Notes under the pieces: model-generated
The model's database searches: none
Told to the model about the DNA's origin: nothing
What the model saw: only the letters and a program-made list of their open reading frames with translations
In this document: piece after piece, positions 10,478 through 19,422 of the stretch
Position numbering within the stretch: position 1 is the first letter of the stretch
How the letters are laid out: each line of letters begins with the position of its first letter
Assembly: GCA_963813135.1 (NCBI GenBank)
Contig: CAWEXY010000022.1
Location: 1-64,000, forward strand
Length of the DNA stretch: 64,000 nucleotides
Reading direction: 5' to 3'
From: an uncultured Verrucomicrobiae bacterium
Lineage (GTDB): Bacteria; Chlamydiota; Chlamydiia; Chlamydiales; Rhabdochlamydiaceae
Made by a program: the position numbers and the translations under genes

Positions 10478-10529
10478 TCCGATTGCTCCCTACGTTCCAC
10501 ATCACCGCTGTGGCTCTTCAGATAGAGAC

Positions 10530-10913
10530 TTAACCAGCGTATTTTTTGCTCAGTGTTCCCAAAGAGACCGCAGCAAGCAATAAGCCAACGTCCCGCAAGG
10601 CGATATCGAAATAATGCCCGGTCATCAAGAGGTTAATAATGATCCCCAAGAGCCAAACAGCGACGATGTACGCAAAGATCCGAGGCTTAAAAATAATCCC
10701 AATCCCCGCGATGATCTCGATCACCCCGGCGAACATCATAAATCCGTGATCATGGTAATGAATGACTCTTAATGCAAAGGGAGAAATATACTGCGACCAA
10801 TTCGTGAGCAGGTAAAAAAACTTGTCCAACCCTGCAAGAATTGGTGCAATGACAAACGTTACTTGCAAAATTCGAAAAGCCTGATATCCACAGTCCCCTG
10901 AAAATTTCGACAT
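10530..10913 (-). CDS. DoxX-like membrane protein
   Basis: AGLDKF...W..Y, GVIEIIAG and DIALRDVGL motifs; about 4 TM. Confidence 0.75.
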   Translation of the reverse strand: MSKFSGDCGYQAFRILQVTFVIAPILAGLDKFFYLLTNWSQYISPFALRVIHYHDHGFMMFAGVIEIIAGIGIIFKPRIFAYIVAVWLLGIIINLLMTGHYFDIALRDVGLLLAAVSLGTLSKKYAG

Positions 10914-11126
10914 GGCTCATCCTTTGAAAAGGTTCATCTAATCCTTGGATTAGCAACTTGATCGAAAAAATGCAAGATCCTGTCAAATCGAATCTCATCA
11001 ACTTTGATCGGCACAGCTCTATCGACTCCTGACCTTTTTGGTGCATTCGGCCAAAACTTATAGCGGCTTTCTAAGCAACTTCCGAACGAAATTTAACCAC
11101 AAAGACATAGCGAAGCAAAGGCGCCC

Positions 11127-11220
11127 AGAATGAGCAGGATACTGAGGTCACTCAATTATGCTCAAAATCGACAAATGTCGATATTGAGCATAATTGATTC
11201 TTAAGTTGCTCATTATGAGG
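11127..11220. repeat. Nested palindromic intergenic element
   Basis: tcaattatgctcaa (11152-11165) pairs with ttgagcataattga (11184-11197); inner atcgaca/tgtcgat; outer aatgagca/tgctcatt. Confidence 0.7.
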
Positions 11221-11248
11221 TCCCCTTAAAACAAAAACATTTTTTTAT

Positions 11249-11306
11249 TTGGCTGAACTGCGGACTCATAACCCATCAGGCCTTAGATTTGATCCCAGGT
11301 TGTCGT
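11249..11306 (+). repeat. Degenerate tRNA(CAT)-derived repeat, copy 4
   Basis: ttggctgaactgcGGACTCATAAcccatcaggccttagatttgATCCcaggttgtcg. Confidence 0.7.
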
Positions 11307-11402
11307 ATTTTTTGACGGGCACAAATCATGTGAATCCAAAACGTCGGGGAGCAAAAAGTTTATAAATACAATCTAAATAAGACCGGTCTTCAAAAATACA
11401 TT

Positions 11403-12886
11403 CTAGAGCTGATTTTTAAGCCATTCAAATAGTTTGACCATGAGCAGAGTGTCCTGACAGCAATATTTCAACATTTGTTGCTCAAGGATGCCTTTGCCTT
11501 CTTTGGGAATTTTTTCGTCAATAAGACGTTCATAAGCGACCATAGCTTCAGTGCCATCCTTGATGGCTAGATTCTCGTAACTTGCTTCTTGTCCGAGCAG
11601 AGCTGGAGCGACTGACTTAATGCTGAAGCTCCCCTTGAAATTAATATCGTAAACCGTCTCCTTAACCACTTCCCAAAGATCTTCAAGCCTCTCTTTGATC
11701 TGTAATAACTCAGTAGAGTATTGAGGAAAGTCCCTTGCGAGATCTTTTAATATTTTAGATTCATATGTCTTGGAATAAACAATAATAGTCCCCCTGTTCT
11801 GGAACGGATGCGAGCAACTTTAGTATAAATTCTTCTCTGGGGTCTGAGAGAATTGTTGTGTAAATATTCATGATGATTTAGGGCAATCCCCGTTATCGAT
11901 ATGACAGCTGAATTGAAAAGGGATATGCTGATATGGCCTAGTATTATTGAATTTTGGGATTGCATAATCGATCGCTTCGAAATCCAAAAAGATTAAGGGG
12001 TATTGCCACCCCTGCAAGAGCTCTTCAATTGTTCTCCTATCCACAAATCGTTTTCCAGTTTGGGATACTTCTATCATTCTTTTTTGAAGAATCGGCTTAA
12101 AGTCAGCCTCGTTCAACCGAATGGATGTCGAGCTGGCCCCTTTCATAGAGCTCCCATTTTTTACGACAGTTTGGAATATTAAAAATGCTGAGCTCAGGAA
12201 CATGCGCCCAACACAGGCTCTTAAAAGGGCATTCATGTGGTTTATCGCATTTTTTGCTAATGCTTACTTCTGGTGGTGTATCATTTTTAAGCAATTTGAA
12301 AAGATGAGGCAAGCGTTCAGGCATCGAAGAGACTGTATCGGCGATTCGATCTGTAAAATCTTCTAATGAAAAAAGATTTCCCCCATCAGGGTAGATATAG
12401 TCTCTATTGAGATGCATCAAATATGCTTTGTTGATTGGGAATCCCAGATTTTTTAAGACCCACATTTGGATGGAAATGTCTAAGATATAGTCTTCAACAT
12501 CATCCTTATCAGGCTCATTGTAGGTCGTTGCCTTTACTTCTATCAAATCCCATGTTCCATCATCATTTTTTTTGAGGATATCAACCCTACATAATAGGCC
12601 TTCAAACTCAAAAGCTGGTTCAAATAATGTTTTTTCTCCATTTTGAAGTAGAGCATTTGTTCTAGCTAAAGCTACAGGTTTGGAGAGTTCATGCAATCAG
12701 AATTCCATCAGGGAACAGCTTTCTTGCGGTCTCTCCTACGATCTTTCCATGTTGGAGTAATCTCTGATCGAACCGACTAAGTGGAGCCGCTATATGAGGA
12801 TTAAAAATTTGGAAATAAAGGGCTTTGGAACAATTAAGTCCCATTTTAGCCTTTGATTTCGATAAAACCGCCGTACACTCGTTCAT
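11403..12886 (-). CDS. DUF2779-domain protein (Cas4-like PD-(D/E)xK nuclease plus RNase H-like exonuclease), frameshifted
   Basis: LSKSK...C, FEPAF..CRVDIL..WDLIEVK, CDKPHECPFKSLCW, FLDFE...PYQHIPFQFS, GSFSIKSVAPAL and YCCQDT across four fragments. Confidence 0.8.
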
Positions 12887-12974
12887 AAATAATTTAAAAT
12901 AAATTTTCAGATTTTAATTAAGTTAGAAGCAATTATAATAAAATTAGATCATGAAAACTATTAAATAAATCATT

Positions 12975-14645
12975 ATGGGAAAAGACACTCAAAAATCATT
13001 CCTGGATAAATGGATCAGTTTGACTAAACCGGAATCAATTTTACACATCAAATCAGATGTCGACGAGGCTTTATTTAATTGTGCATCTGCAAAATGTATA
13101 TATGCTAACAAAGACGCATTACCATCAGAAAAATTTGATTTAATTATCTTTGATACGCCATATCTTGACTCATGGAATGATGAATCTTCAGGAATAACAA
13201 CACGAGATATATCGGGAGAAAAACTTGAAATTCGTATTCACTGGGAAAATCTATTAAATACGTTACATCTCCTTTCTCCAAATGGAAATTGTCTTTTCAT
13301 ATCAGATGAATCTGATTTCTTGTTCCAATCCGGGTTCGAGCGAGCATTAAATAATAACGGATTTTATACTAATGCGCTATTCAATACGGGCAGGTCAATG
13401 GACTTTTGGATAAATCATCCTCTAAAAAATGATGATTTCTCTTTTTATCCAACTATCGCACATATTACACAAAAACACGGGGATGAACTATACACCGACA
13501 TCTTAAAGAACCAAGAAATTGCAATCAGCTCGATTGATATGTATTTCAACGATAAAAATAGAAAAGATTTAACTCGTTATATTGACAGAAAATATTTCAG
13601 TGGATTTGGGCATATATCAGCCCTTCAAGAATTGGAATTGATAGAAGTTCCTTATAAACATGATTCTCACTTATCCCTTAAAGCCTTGTCCGATGCAATA
13701 AACGTAGTTTCTAATGAATCTCAAGATTGTCTTAATGATTATGAGAATTCATTATATGTCTCATCAAATTTTGTTGGAAATAGTTTAGTTAACACTAAAC
13801 CTCCTGACAATTATTACAAACCATGTATTCAATTCATTTTAAAAAAAGAAACAATCATAGATCAATTTGTTTTGGAGTTTTTTAATTCCGAATATGGAAA
13901 GTTAGTTCTCCAATCAGCGATGCCCAATTGGAAGCTACCTATAGAAAAAATACAGCACTCCTTTGAAAACATAATGATCCCCATACCACCACTGCAAGAC
14001 CAAAAATTTATCGTTTCAACAAGAAAACAACTCGATACTTTGGCCACTGAAATTAAGAATTTTAACTCCTTATTTTCTCTAAATCCGAATGAAGGAAAAA
14101 AATTTCACGATCAATTGAGTGATATGCTTCGAGTAATTGATAAATTAACTCAGCCAGATAAAGTCAGACAAATTATAAAAAAAGGCGAAACAAAAACATC
14201 CGAATTTAAACAAACTATGAGCCTTTGTATCAAAAAACGAACCAAGGAAGATTATATACAAGTCGCTGCGCTAAAAACAGTAGTGGCTTTTCTAAATACT
14301 GATGGTGGAGATTTGATAATCGGTGTAGATGACGACAAAAATATAATCGGGATTAATGTTGAAGTCGAATTGCTCTACAAAAACAGCGTTGATAAATATC
14401 TACTTCATTGGAAGAATTTAATAAAAGAAAATATAGGAGAAGAATTTTACCCATTTATAGACCCTAAAATCGTTGAAATTGAATCTAAGATTCTTTTACA
14501 TGTGGAATGTAAATCCTCTAAACGTCCCTGCTTTTTGAAAAAAAGCGAATTCTATGTTAGGACTAATCCGGCAACAGATAAATTAGAAGGCCAAACATTG
14601 ATCGATTACATCCAAAATCATACCAATTTCCAACAAAACAAGTGA
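12975..14645 (+). CDS. Degenerate N6-MTase/TRD-like N-terminus fused to a C-terminal Schlafen (AlbA_2) domain
   Basis: FDLIIFDTPY, LLSPNG, FFNSEYGK and IPIPPLQDQ (RM-type motifs); GETKTSEFK, VAFLNTDGGDLIIGVDD and FYVR (AlbA_2); visibly AT-rich. Confidence 0.75.
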   Translation: MGKDTQKSFLDKWISLTKPESILHIKSDVDEALFNCASAKCIYANKDALPSEKFDLIIFDTPYLDSWNDESSGITTRDISGEKLEIRIHWENLLNTLHLLSPNGNCLFISDESDFLFQSGFERALNNNGFYTNALFNTGRSMDFWINHPLKNDDFSFYPTIAHITQKHGDELYTDILKNQEIAISSIDMYFNDKNRKDLTRYIDRKYFSGFGHISALQELELIEVPYKHDSHLSLKALSDAINVVSNESQDCLNDYENSLYVSSNFVGNSLVNTKPPDNYYKPCIQFILKKETIIDQFVLEFFNSEYGKLVLQSAMPNWKLPIEKIQHSFENIMIPIPPLQDQKFIVSTRKQLDTLATEIKNFNSLFSLNPNEGKKFHDQLSDMLRVIDKLTQPDKVRQIIKKGETKTSEFKQTMSLCIKKRTKEDYIQVAALKTVVAFLNTDGGDLIIGVDDDKNIIGINVEVELLYKNSVDKYLLHWKNLIKENIGEEFYPFIDPKIVEIESKILLHVECKSSKRPCFLKKSEFYVRTNPATDKLEGQTLIDYIQNHTNFQQNK

Positions 14646-14826
14646 ACCAATGTTACACTAATGTTTAATCGCACTTTCATTTCTTATTACCTTTTGACGT
14701 CATTATGTAAAAAAACATCCGTATGTTTAAGATGTGAAAATCTCTCTTGAAAAGTCAAGTTGTCGGAAATTAAGATAAGGAATCTAGCGGCTAACTAATA
14801 AAAATTGAAGTCAAAAGAAATGGACG

Positions 14827-15192
14827 CTAATGCGGACCGGGCTTTTGTATAGTCGGTTGTTTCTGAGGAGAGATGCTAAGCCGGCTCTTTTCCCCAGTCA
14901 TACTATTGTAAAGAGAATTGATTGCTTGAATTTCAAGGTTGTAACCTTCAGTTTGTAAACGGGAAGGATCGTTCTTCGCAAAGTGCAAAACAAGATAGCA
15001 GTAAAAAATCAAAAGCCCAAGCATCACAACTGCACTAAATATTTGAACCCATAAGCTCGGTCCTTTCAAAACCCCATATCCAAATAAGGTTTGAATAAAT
15101 CCAAAAACCCAGTTCATGGATGCCATAACATTTTTCTTGTAGCCGGTACGAATACCCTTTTGTCCTGATACAAATGAAAACAAATTAGGCAT
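14827..15192 (-). CDS. Small 2-TM hypothetical protein
   Basis: Two hydrophobic segments followed by DPSRLQTE; overlaps the upstream gene. Confidence 0.65.
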   Translation of the reverse strand: MPNLFSFVSGQKGIRTGYKKNVMASMNWVFGFIQTLFGYGVLKGPSLWVQIFSAVVMLGLLIFYCYLVLHFAKNDPSRLQTEGYNLEIQAINSLYNSMTGEKSRLSISPQKQPTIQKPGPH

Positions 15193-15589
15193 CTTTTTGC
15201 CCTCTAAACACCGATATCGTCAAACAGAGCGAATCTTCTCCTGAAGAAGCTCCATAAATTTGCAAAAAGAATTTGTCTGCACCAATGCTAAATTCGAAAG
15301 GCTGTGAAAGTGAAGCACCTAGAGAGTTGAGGAAATTAGTTAGAATAAATGTTAAGGTATCCCCTTCTTGAAGAGTTTCAAGACCTTTTTTAGAATCATC
15401 TGGATCTGACTTGAATACGAAATTAAATTGAACAGATTTTTCAGGAGTCACAAGTATGTGCACCTGAACACCCTGCTTCGGATTACAACAGAGCGTTTCA
15501 GAAAGGATAACCTGTAAGCTGCCGTTAAATATTTTTGGTGTAATCCTATTCACACAAAGTACTTTACCAAAGCAAGTGCTAGGGATCAA
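15185..15589 (-). CDS. Hypothetical beta-rich protein (DUF6864-like); start uncertain
   Basis: FILTNFLNSLGAS..P pattern; translationally coupled to 14827-15192. Confidence 0.5.
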   Translation of the reverse strand: MIPSTCFGKVLCVNRITPKIFNGSLQVILSETLCCNPKQGVQVHILVTPEKSVQFNFVFKSDPDDSKKGLETLQEGDTLTFILTNFLNSLGASLSQPFEFSIGADKFFLQIYGASSGEDSLCLTISVFRGQKDA

Positions 15590-15794
15590 ACAAAAATAAT
15601 GGAATCAATTTGTTATGCCCACAATAGGGAGCCGGTTAAGACTACCATTAGTGCAATCCCAGGTTGCAGCATTCTTTAGAACACCATTGCATTGTAAAGA
15701 ATTCACGGGGTCATACATAGAAGATCAACAAGCTTATTCTTTGGTTGCCTTTTTTAGTCAGGAAGTGCCAAAATCGTAGTCTCGCGAGGGCAGT

Positions 15795-16358
15795 ATGATC
15801 GACTTCTTCAACATCTTCGGCGGACTCATCAAAGAAGATCCCGTTTTTTGGTTCTGCGCCCTTGCAGGATCGGGACTATTCGCCCTCCAATTGACCTTCA
15901 GCGCCATCGGAACACACCACGATGCAGATCACGGAGAATTCGATACCGTAAAGTTCAAATGGCTCTCCAAGCAGGCCCTGACGGGATTTCTGATGATGTT
16001 TGGATTCATTGGTTTGACTTGCAGAAAAGAATTCGAGCTCTCGGGCGCTGCCTCTGCGATGGTGGCTTTAGGAGGCGGCGCTGTGGCGATGCTCATCACC
16101 GCGCTGATCTTCGGAGGAGCTAAAAAACTTCGCAGCACGGGCACGGTTTTTAGAATAGACGATGCGGTCGGCAAAGAAGCGATGATCTATCAGCGCATTC
16201 CCAAAGACGGCGTTGGGAAGGTCTCGGTCTCTTTACACAACTTCACCCATGAGATCGATGCGATATCCCCTTGCGCTGAAGATCTCCCCTCATTTACCCC
16301 GGTTCAAATCATAAAAAAAGCAGACGACAAGACGGTCCTTGTCGTCCCAATAAAGTAG
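15795..16358 (+). CDS. NfeD-like membrane protein
   Basis: Three TM segments, then an OB-fold-like C-terminus (VGKEAMIYQRIP..G.GKVSV); directly upstream of flotillin. Confidence 0.85.
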   Translation: MIDFFNIFGGLIKEDPVFWFCALAGSGLFALQLTFSAIGTHHDADHGEFDTVKFKWLSKQALTGFLMMFGFIGLTCRKEFELSGAASAMVALGGGAVAMLITALIFGGAKKLRSTGTVFRIDDAVGKEAMIYQRIPKDGVGKVSVSLHNFTHEIDAISPCAEDLPSFTPVQIIKKADDKTVLVVPIK

Positions 16359-16365
16359 GTATTTT

Positions 16366-17721
16366 ATGGACGTCACATACTTCGGTTTTACTCTGACTCT
16401 GTTCCTGGTGTTCATCTTCTCAACGGTTATTTTTCTGGCGAAACTTTATCGCAGATGTCCATCGAATAAAATTCTGGTTGTTTATGGACGCGTGGGCGGC
16501 AGTAAAACGGTCCAATGCTACCACGGGGGCGGAACGTTTGTATGGCCCTTGATCCAAGGAAGCGCTTTTTTAGATCTGACCCCCAGAAATATCCACATTC
16601 CGTTGAAGGGAGCCCTTTCCCATCAGAACATCCGCGTGAACGTTCCCAGTACATTTACCGTGGCCATCGGGGTTACTCCCGATATCATGAACAACGCGGC
16701 GGTCCGTTTGCTGGACTTGGACCATAAGGGCATCGAGTCCATGGCAACGGAGATCATCGTGGGACAGCTCCGCCTGACGGTGGCTTCGCTGCGCATCGAA
16801 GAGATCAATCAAGACCGGGAGAGGTTCCTCGAATCTATTAAGAAAAATATTGAGCCGGAGCTGCATAAGATCGGCCTGACCCTTCTCAACGTGAACATCA
16901 CGGACATCACGGACGAATCTGAATACATCGAAAGCATTGGGAAGAAGGCCTCTGCGACAGCTGTAAACCAAGCCAAGGTGGATGTCGCCGAGCAAGAAAA
17001 GCAAGGGGATATCGGAAAAGCTTTAGCTGAGAAGGACCGCAGGGTGTCTGTCGCCTCTTTCAATGCGGAAGCTGTCAAGGGCGAGAACGATTCGAAGGCG
17101 CATATTGCTTTGACCAACGCAACGCTGGCCGAAAAAGAGGCCGACGCCTCTCGGCGCAGCCAAGTGGCCAAGCAACAGGCCGAGGCGGAAATTCAAAGGG
17201 CAAGAGCGCTGGCGCAAGCCCAACTTTTGGAAGCCGAGCAGATTGTCCCGCAAGAGATCAAAAAGAAAAAGATCCAACTCGAAGCCGAGGCCGAAGCTCA
17301 AAGCAAGGTCTTGATCGCCAAAGGCGAGGCCGAAGCCATCCTGGCTATCAAGAAAGCGGAAGCGGAAGGGATCCAAAAACTGCTCGATGCCAAAGCTAAG
17401 GGATATAAACAGCTGGTCGAGGCCTGCGGCGAGGACGCGAAGAGCGCATCGACGATGCTGCTTATCGAAAAACTCGAAGAGATCGTTAAATTGCAGACAG
17501 AGGCCATCAAGAATATTAAGATCGATAAGATCACTGTCTGGGACAGCGGCAATCAGGGCGATCCTGCCAAGGGATCTTCGACCTCTAACTTTATCAGCCA
17601 GTTTGCAAAATCGCTTCCTGCGCTGCACGATGTAGCGGCGATGGCCGGGCTGGAACTGCCGCAATATCTGGGGCAAATCAAGAAAGAAACCCTAGAGGAA
17701 GAAATCTCTAAGATAAAGTAA
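16366..17721 (+). CDS. Flotillin/SPFH-domain protein
   Basis: N-terminal TM; YRRCPSNKILVVYG, GGTFVWPLIQ; AEAEA-rich coiled coil. Confidence 0.93.
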   Translation: MDVTYFGFTLTLFLVFIFSTVIFLAKLYRRCPSNKILVVYGRVGGSKTVQCYHGGGTFVWPLIQGSAFLDLTPRNIHIPLKGALSHQNIRVNVPSTFTVAIGVTPDIMNNAAVRLLDLDHKGIESMATEIIVGQLRLTVASLRIEEINQDRERFLESIKKNIEPELHKIGLTLLNVNITDITDESEYIESIGKKASATAVNQAKVDVAEQEKQGDIGKALAEKDRRVSVASFNAEAVKGENDSKAHIALTNATLAEKEADASRRSQVAKQQAEAEIQRARALAQAQLLEAEQIVPQEIKKKKIQLEAEAEAQSKVLIAKGEAEAILAIKKAEAEGIQKLLDAKAKGYKQLVEACGEDAKSASTMLLIEKLEEIVKLQTEAIKNIKIDKITVWDSGNQGDPAKGSSTSNFISQFAKSLPALHDVAAMAGLELPQYLGQIKKETLEEEISKIK

Positions 17722-17763
17722 CCTCGCGCGCGATGCGGCAGCGCCATCAATTTGGTGGTCATC

Positions 17764-18240
17764 TCATTTGTGCAAAAGCCTGTCTACTTCTTCCCAAGGA
17801 AGTCTGCTTCCAGCCTTCTTCATCTTCTCGAAGGCTGAATGAGCTGTTGAGAGCTGAATGATCTTTTTTTCTAACATATCTTTTACAAGCCAGATCGTGC
17901 CATAGACTGGAACTTTTTCCAGGTCCGCAGCTTTTCGAAGGTGTTTATCCCCAGTTAAAAGAGGGCAGTTTTCATGGAAGGCAAGACTAAGAGCAAATAT
18001 ATCCATCCTGCTGGGACGGCGATACTTAGCTGAAAATTCTGTTGCAATATCGATTGCTTCTTTTGGAAGAGTTTTAACCTTCAATCCAAGGCCTAGAAGG
18101 TGCACATGCCTGGCCTTGAGTTCTCTTTCAAAAAGGACATCGGGTATCAAAAAAACTGTCTTCATGCTGAACATCGGGGCTAGCAAGACTCCATGTTCAA
18201 TATCAATCAGAACATTCGCATCGCTAACAATTATTTGCAT
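17764..18240 (-). CDS. PIN-domain protein (DUF3368-like)
   Basis: IVSDANVLID, LLTGDKHLRKAA and VYGTIWL. Confidence 0.85.
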   Translation of the reverse strand: MQIIVSDANVLIDIEHGVLLAPMFSMKTVFLIPDVLFERELKARHVHLLGLGLKVKTLPKEAIDIATEFSAKYRRPSRMDIFALSLAFHENCPLLTGDKHLRKAADLEKVPVYGTIWLVKDMLEKKIIQLSTAHSAFEKMKKAGSRLPWEEVDRLLHK

Positions 18241-19297
18241 GACGCTTATCGTCCATTAAGCGGAACTTTCTAAAAGTGTCAAGAGTATAGCCGAGTAATT
18301 CCGCTGCTTTTGATTCTCCAATATAGTCCTCGCCTAAGGCATGAAAAACCATCTGTTTGAAAATATGAGTTTTCTCGGAAGCGATCTGACAGCCGGGCTC
18401 CTGTTTCTTCCAACCCTTCTGGTTAAATTGAAAAATCAAGCTGTTAAAATAAGATTCTTTAATGATTTCTACTTCTCTTAATCGATAACAAATGGAGCAC
18501 ATGCTGAGTTTAAATTCTTCTTTAATTAAAAATAACTCTCTCCACTCTATGGAAGTTCTAATCTTGCCCATTTCTTGTATGATAGCTTCCTTGGGCAAAA
18601 GAAAAGCCCCCGCAAAACGATTGCATGCTTTTTCTTCATCGACACTTTTTGATATTAGACCCTGCAGAATAAAATGACCCAGCTCATGGGCTAAAGTAAA
18701 ACGTTGCCGATCTCCGGGCCATCTTGAACTGATCACAATGATGGGTTCATCATTTATCAGAGTAGCTAGACCATCGAACATTTTTTCCTCATAATCAATG
18801 ATAAATACTCGTACCCCATGGCTCTCAAACACATCTATGAGATCTTGAATAGGCGCCCTTCCCAATTTCCAATGGTTCCTAATTTTATTGGCAACTTCTT
18901 CAATTTGGTCATAGGATTCAATGCGGCTCGGCAATGAGTCGGGAATTTTAAATGACTGAATGGGAGGATGCGGATAGAGACCTTCTAACTCCAAGCGACG
19001 TTCAATCTGGTCCGCAATCTGAGCTTTAATGGATTCCTCAACTTTCTTTCCCAGCCGTTGCCTTTTTCGAAATTTGATTTCGCCAAGCTTAATAGTTTCA
19101 GGGCGAAAGAAAAACTCAACGGAAACCCCTAAAGCCTTGGATAGTTTAATCAGAATGTCCGAGGAAGGGGTCAACACCCCCTTTTCAAATTTACTTATCG
19201 CCATATGGCTCAAGCCCACAAGCTCTCCTAATTTGCGAAGCCCCAGTCCCGAAGCCCTTCTTGCCCTCTCAAGGCGCTTGCCTAAATTTATTGCCAT
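18224..19297 (-). CDS. XRE HTH plus ImmA/IrrE metallopeptidase
   Basis: N-terminal HTH (RLERARRASGL...ISKFEKG); RQRFTLAHELGH; EEKACNRFAGAFLLP. Confidence 0.92.
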   Translation of the reverse strand: MAINLGKRLERARRASGLGLRKLGELVGLSHMAISKFEKGVLTPSSDILIKLSKALGVSVEFFFRPETIKLGEIKFRKRQRLGKKVEESIKAQIADQIERRLELEGLYPHPPIQSFKIPDSLPSRIESYDQIEEVANKIRNHWKLGRAPIQDLIDVFESHGVRVFIIDYEEKMFDGLATLINDEPIIVISSRWPGDRQRFTLAHELGHFILQGLISKSVDEEKACNRFAGAFLLPKEAIIQEMGKIRTSIEWRELFLIKEEFKLSMCSICYRLREVEIIKESYFNSLIFQFNQKGWKKQEPGCQIASEKTHIFKQMVFHALGEDYIGESKAAELLGYTLDTFRKFRLMDDKRHANNC

Positions 19298-19309
19298 GCC
19301 TTCTCTCCT

Positions 19310-19350
19310 TTGTTTACAGTTTACAATATTTTTACTTGAGTTGTAAACAA
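19310..19350. promoter_or_regulatory. Probable operator upstream of the XRE-ImmA gene
   Basis: ttgtttaca (19310-19318) and tgtaaacaa (19342-19350) form a perfect inverted repeat; extra gtttacaa half-site at 19319. Confidence 0.5.
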
Positions 19351-19422
19351 GAATAATGAACCCTTAGGAAAAATTTCCGTTGCAGAGGGTCCTTTTCAGA
19401 TGACCAATTTCGCGACAATCGA

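Noticed and set aside
1716..11306. Functional tRNA genes or a CRISPR array
   Set aside because: The copies lack the 5' acceptor strand and have broken stems; spacing is 0.9-7 kb and irregular; no cas operon is present
12103..12696. cas4 gene
   Set aside because: The Cas4-like motifs belong to the frameshifted DUF2779 protein; no other cas genes or array
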